From a virus (taxonomy: Duplodnaviria; Caudoviricetes): a stretch of DNA of 40,983 nt. Location: positions 1 through 40,983 of IMG/VR virus record IMGVR_UViG_3300025160_000011. One strand, given 5' to 3'. Both the position numbers and the translations under genes were made by a program. Each line of letters opens with the position of its first letter. Position 1 is the stretch's first letter. The notes under the pieces were generated by a model. That model was not told the DNA's origin. It ran no database searches and saw only the letters and a program-made list of their open reading frames with translations. This document shows, one piece after another, positions 6,666-14,987 of the stretch.

Positions 6666-9118
6666 TGCAATCCTCTTACGTTCCTGGAATCGGTCCTATC
6701 GGAGCTAAACTTATGATAGTTGGAATAGCTCCGGGCGCTGATGAAATTAAATCCGGTCAACCATTTACTGGGCCTTCTGGAAAAATTCTTAACTCTGACC
6801 TTAGAGATGCCGGAACTTCAATTCATGAAGTTTATAGAACTAACATATTCAAGTATCAATTACCTAATAATGAATTCAAGCGATATGCTGAAATTGGCCT
6901 TTCTCTTCCTGAAGCAATGGCCGATATTAATCAAGAAATTCAATCAATAAAACCTAATTGCATTCTAGGACTAGGCGATCCGGTTCTCTACGCATTAGCA
7001 GGCAAATCAGGTAAGTCTAATGGAATTAATGTCTGGCGCGGTTCTATTCTTCAATATGCTGGAGTTAAATTAGTCACTACATGGCATCCTGCTGCTGAAC
7101 TTCATGGTGAAGGCGAAGGACAATGGAAATCCTGGCAGAAATATGTTAGAAAATTCGATATTAAAAGGGCAGTAGATCAATCTAAGTTTAGAGAATTTAA
7201 TCTTCCCCAAAGGTTACTACATGTCGCTCGATCTTCAGTTGATGTTCATAATTATATTGATAAGAATTATAATCAGGATTATTGTTCAGTTGATATTGAA
7301 TCTATTGAGAATATTCCAGTTTGCATTGGACTTTCTTTCAATTCTCATGAAGGTATTTCTATTCCATTGTGGAATAATTTATCTATTAAATCAACTAATG
7401 AAGCTCATCCGAAGAAGTCCTACTCCTATAATCTCAAAATAAGTGGGATTCCATCGGCTGACCTTGCTTACATTTGGAAATTCCTAGCTGAATTATTCAT
7501 TAATCCTAAAATTAAGTTCATTGGTCAGAATTTTAAATATGATGAAGATAAGCTAAATCGCCTTGGATTCTATTTTCACTCTCTCTACTGGGATACAATG
7601 ATCGGAACTCATTGTATAAGTTCAGAAATGCCTAAAGGATTAGCATTTCAAACTTCTATTAATACATTAGAACCCTATTACAAATTTGAGGGCAGGCAGT
7701 TTATTCCAGGAAAAGATAATATTGATAATTTATTTCTCTATAATGCAAAAGATGCCTGCGTAACTAGAGAAATTTATAATGTCCAATATCTTGAATTAAA
7801 AGATGAAATTCCATTTGGATTAGAGCACGCTTTTTGGAGAATGAAATTACATAAGGCATACTTGAAAATTGATAATGAAGGATTTAAGGTTGATGAGAAT
7901 GAACGGAAACTACTAATTCATAAATATGTTGAATGGCTAGTTAAGTTAGAAGTTGAACTTTACTCTCTTACTAAACAAGTAATTAATATTGCTTCTCCAA
8001 TTCAAGTAGCTAAACTTCTCTACGATGATCTTAAAATTCCAAGAAGAAACGGAACAGGAGAAGAAGTATTAACAGCATTATTAGGAAATGTAATCAAAGA
8101 TGAATCTAAGAAAAGAGTATGCGAGATTATCCTAGAACATAGACGAGTTAATAAATCATTAGGCTATCTTAAAGCAGAGCCTGATTATGATGGGAGGATG
8201 AAAACTAATTTCCTAATAACAGGAACAGAGAATTTCAGAACATCAACTAATATCCTAGAACCTCCAATACGTCCATCTCCAAAAGGATGGTCTTTTCAGA
8301 CTGTGAGTAAACATGGCGACATTGGTAGTGATTTACGATCGATTCTTATTGCAGATCCTGGATATATTATTGTCAACATCGATCAATCTCAGGCAGAGGC
8401 TAGAGTCTGTTCATTATTGGCTGATGATGAAGAGACACTATTATCATACGACACTTCTGATAAACATGCTCTTACTGCCTCTAAGTTTTTCGGAGGATCT
8501 GAATCAGACTATAGTAAAAAAATCCTAGGATATGAATGTCCTCAGCGCTTCGTAGGTAAAACACTTAGACATGCTTATCATCTAGGAATAGGTAAACACG
8601 AGGCAATGATTAATGTCAATACAGATGCAAGAAAATATAAAATTCCGATACGTATATCAGAGTGGAAAGCCAATGAATGTCTTAAGGTTCTATCAAATGA
8701 TACCCCTAAGATTCAAACTGTGTTTCATGATTCTATTCAAAAGTTATTACGTAATGATCGAAGAATTATCGGAACCTATGGAGCTTCCCGTTACTTTTTT
8801 GACGAAATGGACAGTAGAGATTTATGGAAAGGAGCATATTCGTTTATCCCCCAACAAACAGTGAGTGATAAGACTAAACAAGTAATTTTACTTACTCATA
8901 AGAATTTACCTGATACCAGAATAGTATGTGAATCTCATGATGCTCTAACTTTTCTAATTAGAGAAAAAGTCCTTCATGAAAGAATAGAAGAGATTCAATC
9001 CTACTTCGCTATTCCGATTGACTTCTCTAATTGTTCAATCCCTCGCCGGTCATTAGTTATTCCAGTGGAGTGCGAGATTGGAATTAACTACGCAGATTTG
9101 AAGAAGTATAGACTATGA
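6665..9118 (+). CDS. polA: Family A DNA polymerase with N-terminal uracil-DNA-glycosylase-like domain and 3'-5' exonuclease
   Basis: UDG-like: VGIAPG.DE, PFTGPSG, TN, HPA. Exonuclease: DIES, QNFKYD, YNAKD. Polymerase: motif A DQSQAEAR, motif B RFVGKTLRHAYHLG, motif C SHDAL. Confidence 0.93.
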   Translation: MQSSYVPGIGPIGAKLMIVGIAPGADEIKSGQPFTGPSGKILNSDLRDAGTSIHEVYRTNIFKYQLPNNEFKRYAEIGLSLPEAMADINQEIQSIKPNCILGLGDPVLYALAGKSGKSNGINVWRGSILQYAGVKLVTTWHPAAELHGEGEGQWKSWQKYVRKFDIKRAVDQSKFREFNLPQRLLHVARSSVDVHNYIDKNYNQDYCSVDIESIENIPVCIGLSFNSHEGISIPLWNNLSIKSTNEAHPKKSYSYNLKISGIPSADLAYIWKFLAELFINPKIKFIGQNFKYDEDKLNRLGFYFHSLYWDTMIGTHCISSEMPKGLAFQTSINTLEPYYKFEGRQFIPGKDNIDNLFLYNAKDACVTREIYNVQYLELKDEIPFGLEHAFWRMKLHKAYLKIDNEGFKVDENERKLLIHKYVEWLVKLEVELYSLTKQVINIASPIQVAKLLYDDLKIPRRNGTGEEVLTALLGNVIKDESKKRVCEIILEHRRVNKSLGYLKAEPDYDGRMKTNFLITGTENFRTSTNILEPPIRPSPKGWSFQTVSKHGDIGSDLRSILIADPGYIIVNIDQSQAEARVCSLLADDEETLLSYDTSDKHALTASKFFGGSESDYSKKILGYECPQRFVGKTLRHAYHLGIGKHEAMINVNTDARKYKIPIRISEWKANECLKVLSNDTPKIQTVFHDSIQKLLRNDRRIIGTYGASRYFFDEMDSRDLWKGAYSFIPQQTVSDKTKQVILLTHKNLPDTRIVCESHDALTFLIREKVLHERIEEIQSYFAIPIDFSNCSIPRRSLVIPVECEIGINYADLKKYRL

Positions 9119-9276
9119 GATTAATCATCAAGTTCTACAATGATAATATAATTAAGATTTATCTAATCAAAGGAATGGATATAATATTCAATGATAGTTT
9201 ATTAACTTTCTCTACTAATCATGATGTGAGAATTGAATTAGACTTAAGTTTGATTGAGACTCTTAGAATTATTTAA
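9115..9276 (+). CDS. Hypothetical protein, 53 aa (not in ORF track)
   Basis: ATGA overlap with the polA stop and TAATG overlap with the next gene; MRLIIKFYNDNIIKIYLIKG... Confidence 0.6.
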   Translation: MRLIIKFYNDNIIKIYLIKGMDIIFNDSLLTFSTNHDVRIELDLSLIETLRII

Positions 9277-10484
9277 TGAACTTCATCGATCTAGTCCTTG
9301 ATTCTACAAAAGAATACGAAGCGCCGAGAAGATTCTATTATTGGGCAGCTCTATCAGCTATCAGTGCGATTCTAAAAGACCGGGTATTCTTCGATATGGG
9401 AAAGGCATATAAGATTTATCCTAACATCTACGTTCTTCTCTATGGCCCTAGTGGAGTAAGGAAAGGGCCAGCAGTAGCTTTAGCTGAGCGCATTGTAATA
9501 AAAGTAGATAATACTAGAGTAATTAATGGCCGAGCATCTATCGAAGCGATTATTAAAGACTTAGGAACTTTTACAACGAGAGAGAAAAAAGAACCAATTA
9601 AGGATTCATGTGGATTTGTAGTAGCTTCTGAGCTTTCCTCTTCCCTAATATCTAATCCATCAGCAATGGATATCATGACTAATCTTTATGATAGAATTTA
9701 TAATGAAGGAGAATGGAAATACAAACTAAAAGTAGGCGAATCGCATACACTAAACAAACCTACAATAACTTGGCTCTCTGCATCTAATGAAGCATTATTC
9801 AAAGATTTTCTACCGGAGAAGAATATTTATGGAGGATTAATCGGTAGGATGTTCATGATAGCAGAGAATAAACCTAATCGAATCAACTCATTAATGTTCG
9901 ATCCAAATATTGTTCCTGATTTAGATAAGATGGCAGAAGCTTTAATGCCACTAACTAAATTAAACGGACAGTTTACAATGTCAGTAGAATTGAGACATGA
10001 GGTTGATCGATGGTATAATAGATTTGCTAAAGAAATATCTCCTTCTCTTCATGATGAAACAGGATTCGTTAGTAGAATTCTAGACTTTGTTATTAAAGGA
10101 TGTATGTTAGTATCATCAGGAAGACGAGGCGATCTAGTCATTTTAGAAAGTGATTTCCTAGAAGCTATAGAAATTATCGAGCCTTTAATAGTTCCTACTA
10201 AAAGAGCGGCATCGATACTTAAGAAAACTGATGCAAGCCTTCAGGAGAAAAGAGGATTAGTTCTTAATTATCTATCTAATCGTCCAGCTTATACTTGCAC
10301 TAGAAAAGATATTCTAAAATCTCTTAATCTGAGATTGGACCACGAGGATTTGGATCGCATTGTTAGTCTAATGTTACAAATGCAAGTAATTCAAGTATCA
10401 AGTAGTGGTAGTGATGTAATCTATAAACTTAACATGACTAATCCTAAAGTAAGTCAATGGATTCAGCAGTTTAGGAGTTCTTAA
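9276..10484 (+). CDS. DUF3987/YfjI-like P-loop NTPase, probable replicative helicase with C-terminal winged helix
   Basis: YPNIYVLLYGPSGVRKG (variant Walker A), SELSS, LYD, GGLIGR (Arg-finger-like); directly downstream of polA. Confidence 0.7.
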   Translation: MNFIDLVLDSTKEYEAPRRFYYWAALSAISAILKDRVFFDMGKAYKIYPNIYVLLYGPSGVRKGPAVALAERIVIKVDNTRVINGRASIEAIIKDLGTFTTREKKEPIKDSCGFVVASELSSSLISNPSAMDIMTNLYDRIYNEGEWKYKLKVGESHTLNKPTITWLSASNEALFKDFLPEKNIYGGLIGRMFMIAENKPNRINSLMFDPNIVPDLDKMAEALMPLTKLNGQFTMSVELRHEVDRWYNRFAKEISPSLHDETGFVSRILDFVIKGCMLVSSGRRGDLVILESDFLEAIEIIEPLIVPTKRAASILKKTDASLQEKRGLVLNYLSNRPAYTCTRKDILKSLNLRLDHEDLDRIVSLMLQMQVIQVSSSGSDVIYKLNMTNPKVSQWIQQFRSS

Positions 10485-10486
10485 TC

Positions 10487-11311
10487 ATGAGTGTAATAGT
10501 AATATACCATAAGAATTGTTTTGATGGAATATGTTCTGCATGGGTAGCATGGAAAAAATTTGAAGATTATGCTAATTATATTCCAATGTCATATGGAGAC
10601 AATTTACCTTATTTTCCAGAAGGGGCAGATATTTATTTTATTGATTTTAGTTTAAAAAGAAAGGAGTTAATTCAATTACATGAAATTTATAAAGTTACTG
10701 TAATAGATCACCATAAGACAGCCGAGAAAGAATTAGAAGGATTAGATTTTTGTATATTTGACATGAATGAATCGGGCGCTTCATTAGCTTGGAAATATTT
10801 CTTTCCTAATATTAATATACCATTACTTGTTAGATATATTAAAGATAGAGATTTATGGTTATTTAAGGAGAAATATTCAGAAGAAATCAATTCTTATATT
10901 CAATCTTTTCCAATGGTTATTCAGGATTATGATGACTTATTTTATTCACTGGAAAATATAAGTGGATTTACCGGAGCTGAAATAGGAGGAAGGTCAATCA
11001 ATAGATATAAACAAACTATGACAGAAGCAATTTGTAAGAATGCTGCATTTGGTTATAGTTATCCTTTTTATAATACTAGTGTTCCAATAGTTGCAACATC
11101 AACTTTATTTAGTGAAGTGGGACATGAATTATGTAAACAATTCCCGGATTCCCCATTCTCTGCTTATTATTTTGATAGATTAAAAGATAATATTAGACAG
11201 TGGGGATTACGATCAATTGGAGATTTTGATGTTAGTGAAGTAGCTAAAAAATTTGGTGGTGGGGGACATAAGAATGCAGCAGGATTTGAACAAAAATTAA
11301 ATGAAATATAG
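10487..11311 (+). CDS. DHH/DHHA1 phosphoesterase (nanoRNase-like)
   Basis: YH..CFDG, IDFS, IDHHKT, DRDLW, LRS, FGGGGHKNAAGF. Confidence 0.92.
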   Translation: MSVIVIYHKNCFDGICSAWVAWKKFEDYANYIPMSYGDNLPYFPEGADIYFIDFSLKRKELIQLHEIYKVTVIDHHKTAEKELEGLDFCIFDMNESGASLAWKYFFPNINIPLLVRYIKDRDLWLFKEKYSEEINSYIQSFPMVIQDYDDLFYSLENISGFTGAEIGGRSINRYKQTMTEAICKNAAFGYSYPFYNTSVPIVATSTLFSEVGHELCKQFPDSPFSAYYFDRLKDNIRQWGLRSIGDFDVSEVAKKFGGGGHKNAAGFEQKLNEI

Positions 11312-11325
11312 AAAGGAACAATAAG

Positions 11326-11541
11326 ATGACCGGAAAAATCAAAAAGTTACTTGTAGAGAAGCAATTTGGATTCATTCAGGCTGAAGGAAAAGATTACTTT
11401 TTCCATCGGGATGATTTAACTGAGTCTCATTGGGTAGATTTATTAAATGATTATAATCAAGAAAGAGAAATTACTGTTGAATTTGATCCTAGTATGAATA
11501 ATAAAAAGGGACCAAGGGCGGAGAATGTTAGAATAGTCTAA
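11326..11541 (+). CDS. Cold-shock domain protein
   Basis: MTGKIK, RNP1 KQFGFI, RNP2 DYFFH, C-terminal KGPRAENV; AAGGA RBS. Confidence 0.92.
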   Translation: MTGKIKKLLVEKQFGFIQAEGKDYFFHRDDLTESHWVDLLNDYNQEREITVEFDPSMNNKKGPRAENVRIV

Positions 11542-11546
11542 AATAT

Positions 11547-11633
11547 GCGGGATTGGCGAAACTGGAAAACGCGCTGTCCTTAAGAGTCAGTGTAGGAAAC
11601 TACTTAAGGGTTCGACTCCCTTATCCCGCACCA
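11547..11633 (+). tRNA. tRNA-Leu (anticodon TAA), long variable arm, encoded CCA
   Basis: Acceptor GCGGGAT/ATCCCGC-A-CCA; D arm GCG/CGC with GG; anticodon loop CTTAAGA; variable arm GTAG-GAAA-CTAC; T arm AAGGG-TTCGACT-CCCTT. Confidence 0.95.
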
Positions 11634-11652
11634 ATCTAATTAAGTTAAAAGA

Positions 11653-11820
11653 ATGAGAATAATCCAAACTTGGAATGGTAAAGGATGGGTAGAGACTAAC
11701 TTAGATACTCTTCCATTAAATAAAACAATAACGATAAGGATTATTGAACCGATAATTGATATCGATCCACTAATTCTTGAGGTTATTGAGAATATGAAGA
11801 AGGTTTATGAGAGGAGATAA
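11653..11820 (+). CDS. Hypothetical protein, 55 aa (not in ORF track)
   Basis: MRIIQTWNGKGWVETNLDTLP...; fills the gap between the tRNA and the next gene. Confidence 0.55.
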   Translation: MRIIQTWNGKGWVETNLDTLPLNKTITIRIIEPIIDIDPLILEVIENMKKVYERR

Positions 11821-11823
11821 ATA

Positions 11824-12066
11824 ATGACACCAGAACAAGAAGATCATCTTAATGTTATTAAATCTGCATTTAAGTTTTTAGTGGATACTAAATACAGAAA
11901 AGGACAAAAAGAACATGGGGGTAATCTTTTTGATAAAACTATACTTCAATTAGTAGATAATGCAATAGACGAAGCAATAGATCAAGTAGTTTATCTTATT
12001 ACTCTTAGAAATAAATTACTACCCCCAAACAATTCTCAATCCAGTAATAGTTCCACCAGCAGTTAA
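11824..12066 (+). CDS. Putative all-alpha NTP pyrophosphohydrolase (MazG-like)
   Basis: KY.KG.KEHG...NAIDEAIDQVVYL resembles the EExxDxxxY helix of MazG-type enzymes; strong GAGGAG RBS. Confidence 0.5.
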   Translation: MTPEQEDHLNVIKSAFKFLVDTKYRKGQKEHGGNLFDKTILQLVDNAIDEAIDQVVYLITLRNKLLPPNNSQSSNSSTSS

Positions 12067-12375
12067 GCCGAAAGTAGCCGCAGCGCCAGTATCAAAAGTT
12101 ACTACAGTAGGATCAGTTTTATGAAGCAATATCCCTGTATCTCCGGTTACTCCCTTAAGAGTAAGTGTTTGAGTATTACCAGATGGAGGAACAATAGTAG
12201 CTGACTTAACTGAAGAACCTCCTGTGGGTAATGTAATAGTATTAAATCCACTAGCTAATGTTAGAATCTGAACATCTGCTGGACTACTAGCATTAGCAGC
12301 AGCAGAGAATGGAAGAGTCGCAGCTAAATCACCTGTAAAAATAACGGAGCACGTTCGATTAGATGTTACGGCCAT
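12019..12375 (-). CDS. Small beta-rich virion-associated protein
   Basis: Thr/Gly/Ala-rich 118 aa; last gene of the late operon. Confidence 0.6.
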   Translation of the reverse strand: MAVTSNRTCSVIFTGDLAATLPFSAAANASSPADVQILTLASGFNTITLPTGGSSVKSATIVPPSGNTQTLTLKGVTGDTGILLHKTDPTVVTFDTGAAATFGLTAGGTITGLRIVWG

Positions 12376-12380
12376 TTATT

Positions 12381-14987
12381 CTATTCCTCACTTTCAATGT
12401 AAGCTTTTAGTCCAGTATTAATATCTTTTAGCATTCCAATAAAATCAGCATTAGTTAATCTATAGGCTAACTTACTAATATCTCCTCCAACTACTCCAAT
12501 CATTTCTCCTCCTAATCCATAAGGACTAAATGAAGCCGAACGAATAATATCAGCGGGCATTCCTAGCATAAATGATTGCATATAATTATCGAGAATTCTA
12601 CCTAATACTGGATCATCACTAATCCAATCTCCTCTATTTTCGATTCTACTGCTAGGATCTCCTTCAATTAATCCAAGAGTTCCCTGTTTAACATCTCCTG
12701 TAATTTCTCCAATAGCTTGATAGGCTGCTAATGCAGTAGGAATATTAACAGCAGGATTTGCCATTATTGCATCCTTGAATGCTTTAGTCTGCTGAAATGC
12801 TGTTTTCTTGAAAATCCAAAATAATTGTTGAGCAAATGAACCAGGAGACTTAACTGGATCGCTAGCCCATAAAGGTAGATTACCAGGAATATTAAGCGCT
12901 TGAGTTAATTCAGCATTCCTACCTGCTGCCATCAGTAATTGCTCATCAGTTAATGAACGCTGCTTAATTACATCATCAATATTCTCAAGAATTAATTCTC
13001 CTAATTCTTTCCGAGCATTCAAATTACTTGGATTTTTCTTCAAATCATTAAAGAACATTTTAGCAGTAGCGCGCCCTATTGTTCCAGCAATTGTTCTATT
13101 AACAACTTCTCCCTTACCTATCATCCAGGGGTCCCAATTACCTGCCTCTTCTACTAGACTATGACTAAAATTTTGAATAGCTCCACTTCTAGCAATCTCA
13201 TCTCTATACTTAGACTTAAATAACCCGGCCATCTCCTTCCCAACTACAAATGGAGTATCCCAAGTCTCAGGTTTAGTAACTCTAACTCTAGTCATAGCCT
13301 TTAAAATATTAGGACCTTGACCAGTAGTTATGTTAGCAGCAGTAAAATTCCATAGTTTAGTAACTGAAGCATATCTCCTAAGAACATCTAATCCAGCTAC
13401 CATTTTAGGATTATTTTCTACATTATCCCTCCCAACAATGCGTTGCATAATTTGCATTGTCTTAGCTTTATCAGGGGTATTCTCGATTAAATCTGCTATT
13501 CCTTCATTACCTTTTCCTGCAATGTCTAAAGGACCGAATTCTCTCTGCTTAGCTAATGAACGAGACATTCCTCTAATATGCTCCATTGCAACATCAGCAT
13601 CGGCACGATAAGGAATATTAGACTTAGCTAGTCTAGCATGTTGAGGGGGAGGAATAAATAATCCTTCTCTCTTATAATGATTAACTACCTTATTAGCTTC
13701 AAATCTAGTCATTCCGGATTTAACTAATTTCTCAACTAATTCAGTATCTTCTACTTTATCAACTGGAACATGAGGCCAGTAATCTTCTCTCTTTTGAAAC
13801 GGAACCCAACTTTTATCTTTCTTATACAAGCGCATTCCAATTCTAGCAGCTTCATCACCTAGTTCATCCTCTGTTTTCTTCCAGATATTAACAGCATTCA
13901 TCGCCGCATCTGATGGAATAGGAGATAATCCTTCTACATAAGATCCAAAATTTTGTTTTTCGGTCTTACTCAGTTTACTAATAGCAGACTCAAAATTAGG
14001 AATCCACTGTGCTTGATATTGTCTAATTATATGAGGAAATCTAGAACTTCTAGTATATAATTCCTCACTCTGTTTTCTTAATTCAGTCTTCGCTGCTTTC
14101 CATACCGAAGGAGATTTAGCTTCTTCCTTAATAACTTGACTAATTGCTTCTGCTACAGGAGCAGGCTTAGCTGTCATAGCATCAAAATCTAATCCAGTAT
14201 TCTCTTTAGCCTCTTGAACAGGAGTTTTTAATCTACTAGCTTTTATTGGAGCTGAAGGAAGAATAATCTCATTAGATTCTATAGCTGTAGTTGATTTCTT
14301 TTGCCCTTTAATGTATTCTATTGCCTGTTCATATTTCTTCTCTAGCGTATTAATAGCTCCGGAAGGAACAGCATTACCAGTAGTAGGATCAATCTCAAAT
14401 AAAGTTCCACTTAATCTAGCTTCTTCAATTGGAGTAACTAAACTTTCTCTTTGAACTTGTCCACTAGCACCGATTGGTCCGCCTAAATAAGGGTCTTTTC
14501 CTTTAGGCAGTTGTAATTGAGCTTTAGGAGTAGAAGGCGCTTTGATTAGATTAAGAGGTTTAGTCTCTTCTATTGCTCTAGTAATCGCTGGAAACTTAGT
14601 AGCTCCAGCAGCTTCAACTATTCGAAGAGGAGAACTCATTATTCCCATAGCAGGTAAAGTAGGATCAGATAAAATATCCCCTGCTAATTGAGGAAGTGCT
14701 CCTAATATTTTCTTACCTACTTGCATTTGTGGAGTAGGAGAATAAAGAGTATCAGCCCAATTCTTAAATCGCTCAGTTAATCCTTCATATCCGCCGAATA
14801 ATCTACTATCTTTTCTCTTATTAATATCGACTGGTTCATCAGCTTGCCATTCAGTATATCTACCCTTAGTTACAAATTTACCTTTGCTAGTAGGAGAAGA
14901 TTCCTCAACGGGAAATTCTTCAATTGAAAACTCCTCTATTATTGGAGTTTCTTCGATTTCAAATTCTTTAATGATTGGATCAGGCAT
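12381..14987 (-). CDS. Large internal virion / DNA ejection protein
   Basis: 868 aa, helical; terminal position in a podovirus-type gene order. Confidence 0.6.
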   Translation of the reverse strand: MPDPIIKEFEIEETPIIEEFSIEEFPVEESSPTSKGKFVTKGRYTEWQADEPVDINKRKDSRLFGGYEGLTERFKNWADTLYSPTPQMQVGKKILGALPQLAGDILSDPTLPAMGIMSSPLRIVEAAGATKFPAITRAIEETKPLNLIKAPSTPKAQLQLPKGKDPYLGGPIGASGQVQRESLVTPIEEARLSGTLFEIDPTTGNAVPSGAINTLEKKYEQAIEYIKGQKKSTTAIESNEIILPSAPIKASRLKTPVQEAKENTGLDFDAMTAKPAPVAEAISQVIKEEAKSPSVWKAAKTELRKQSEELYTRSSRFPHIIRQYQAQWIPNFESAISKLSKTEKQNFGSYVEGLSPIPSDAAMNAVNIWKKTEDELGDEAARIGMRLYKKDKSWVPFQKREDYWPHVPVDKVEDTELVEKLVKSGMTRFEANKVVNHYKREGLFIPPPQHARLAKSNIPYRADADVAMEHIRGMSRSLAKQREFGPLDIAGKGNEGIADLIENTPDKAKTMQIMQRIVGRDNVENNPKMVAGLDVLRRYASVTKLWNFTAANITTGQGPNILKAMTRVRVTKPETWDTPFVVGKEMAGLFKSKYRDEIARSGAIQNFSHSLVEEAGNWDPWMIGKGEVVNRTIAGTIGRATAKMFFNDLKKNPSNLNARKELGELILENIDDVIKQRSLTDEQLLMAAGRNAELTQALNIPGNLPLWASDPVKSPGSFAQQLFWIFKKTAFQQTKAFKDAIMANPAVNIPTALAAYQAIGEITGDVKQGTLGLIEGDPSSRIENRGDWISDDPVLGRILDNYMQSFMLGMPADIIRSASFSPYGLGGEMIGVVGGDISKLAYRLTNADFIGMLKDINTGLKAYIESEE

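Noticed and set aside
6741-8864. Alternative-frame ORFs inside polA
   Set aside because: Nested in a continuous motif-complete polymerase; no sign of intron or intein.
11547-11633. tRNA as prophage attachment site, or alternative genetic code
   Set aside because: No integrase or duplicated tRNA 3' end seen; phage genes flank both sides. Anticodon TAA reads UUA (Leu), not a stop, and long genes are intact in the standard code.
6665-12066. Z-genome (2-aminoadenine) or other base-modification pathway
   Set aside because: No PurZ, thymidylate-synthase-like, queuosine-pathway or glycosyltransferase gene recognised in the window.
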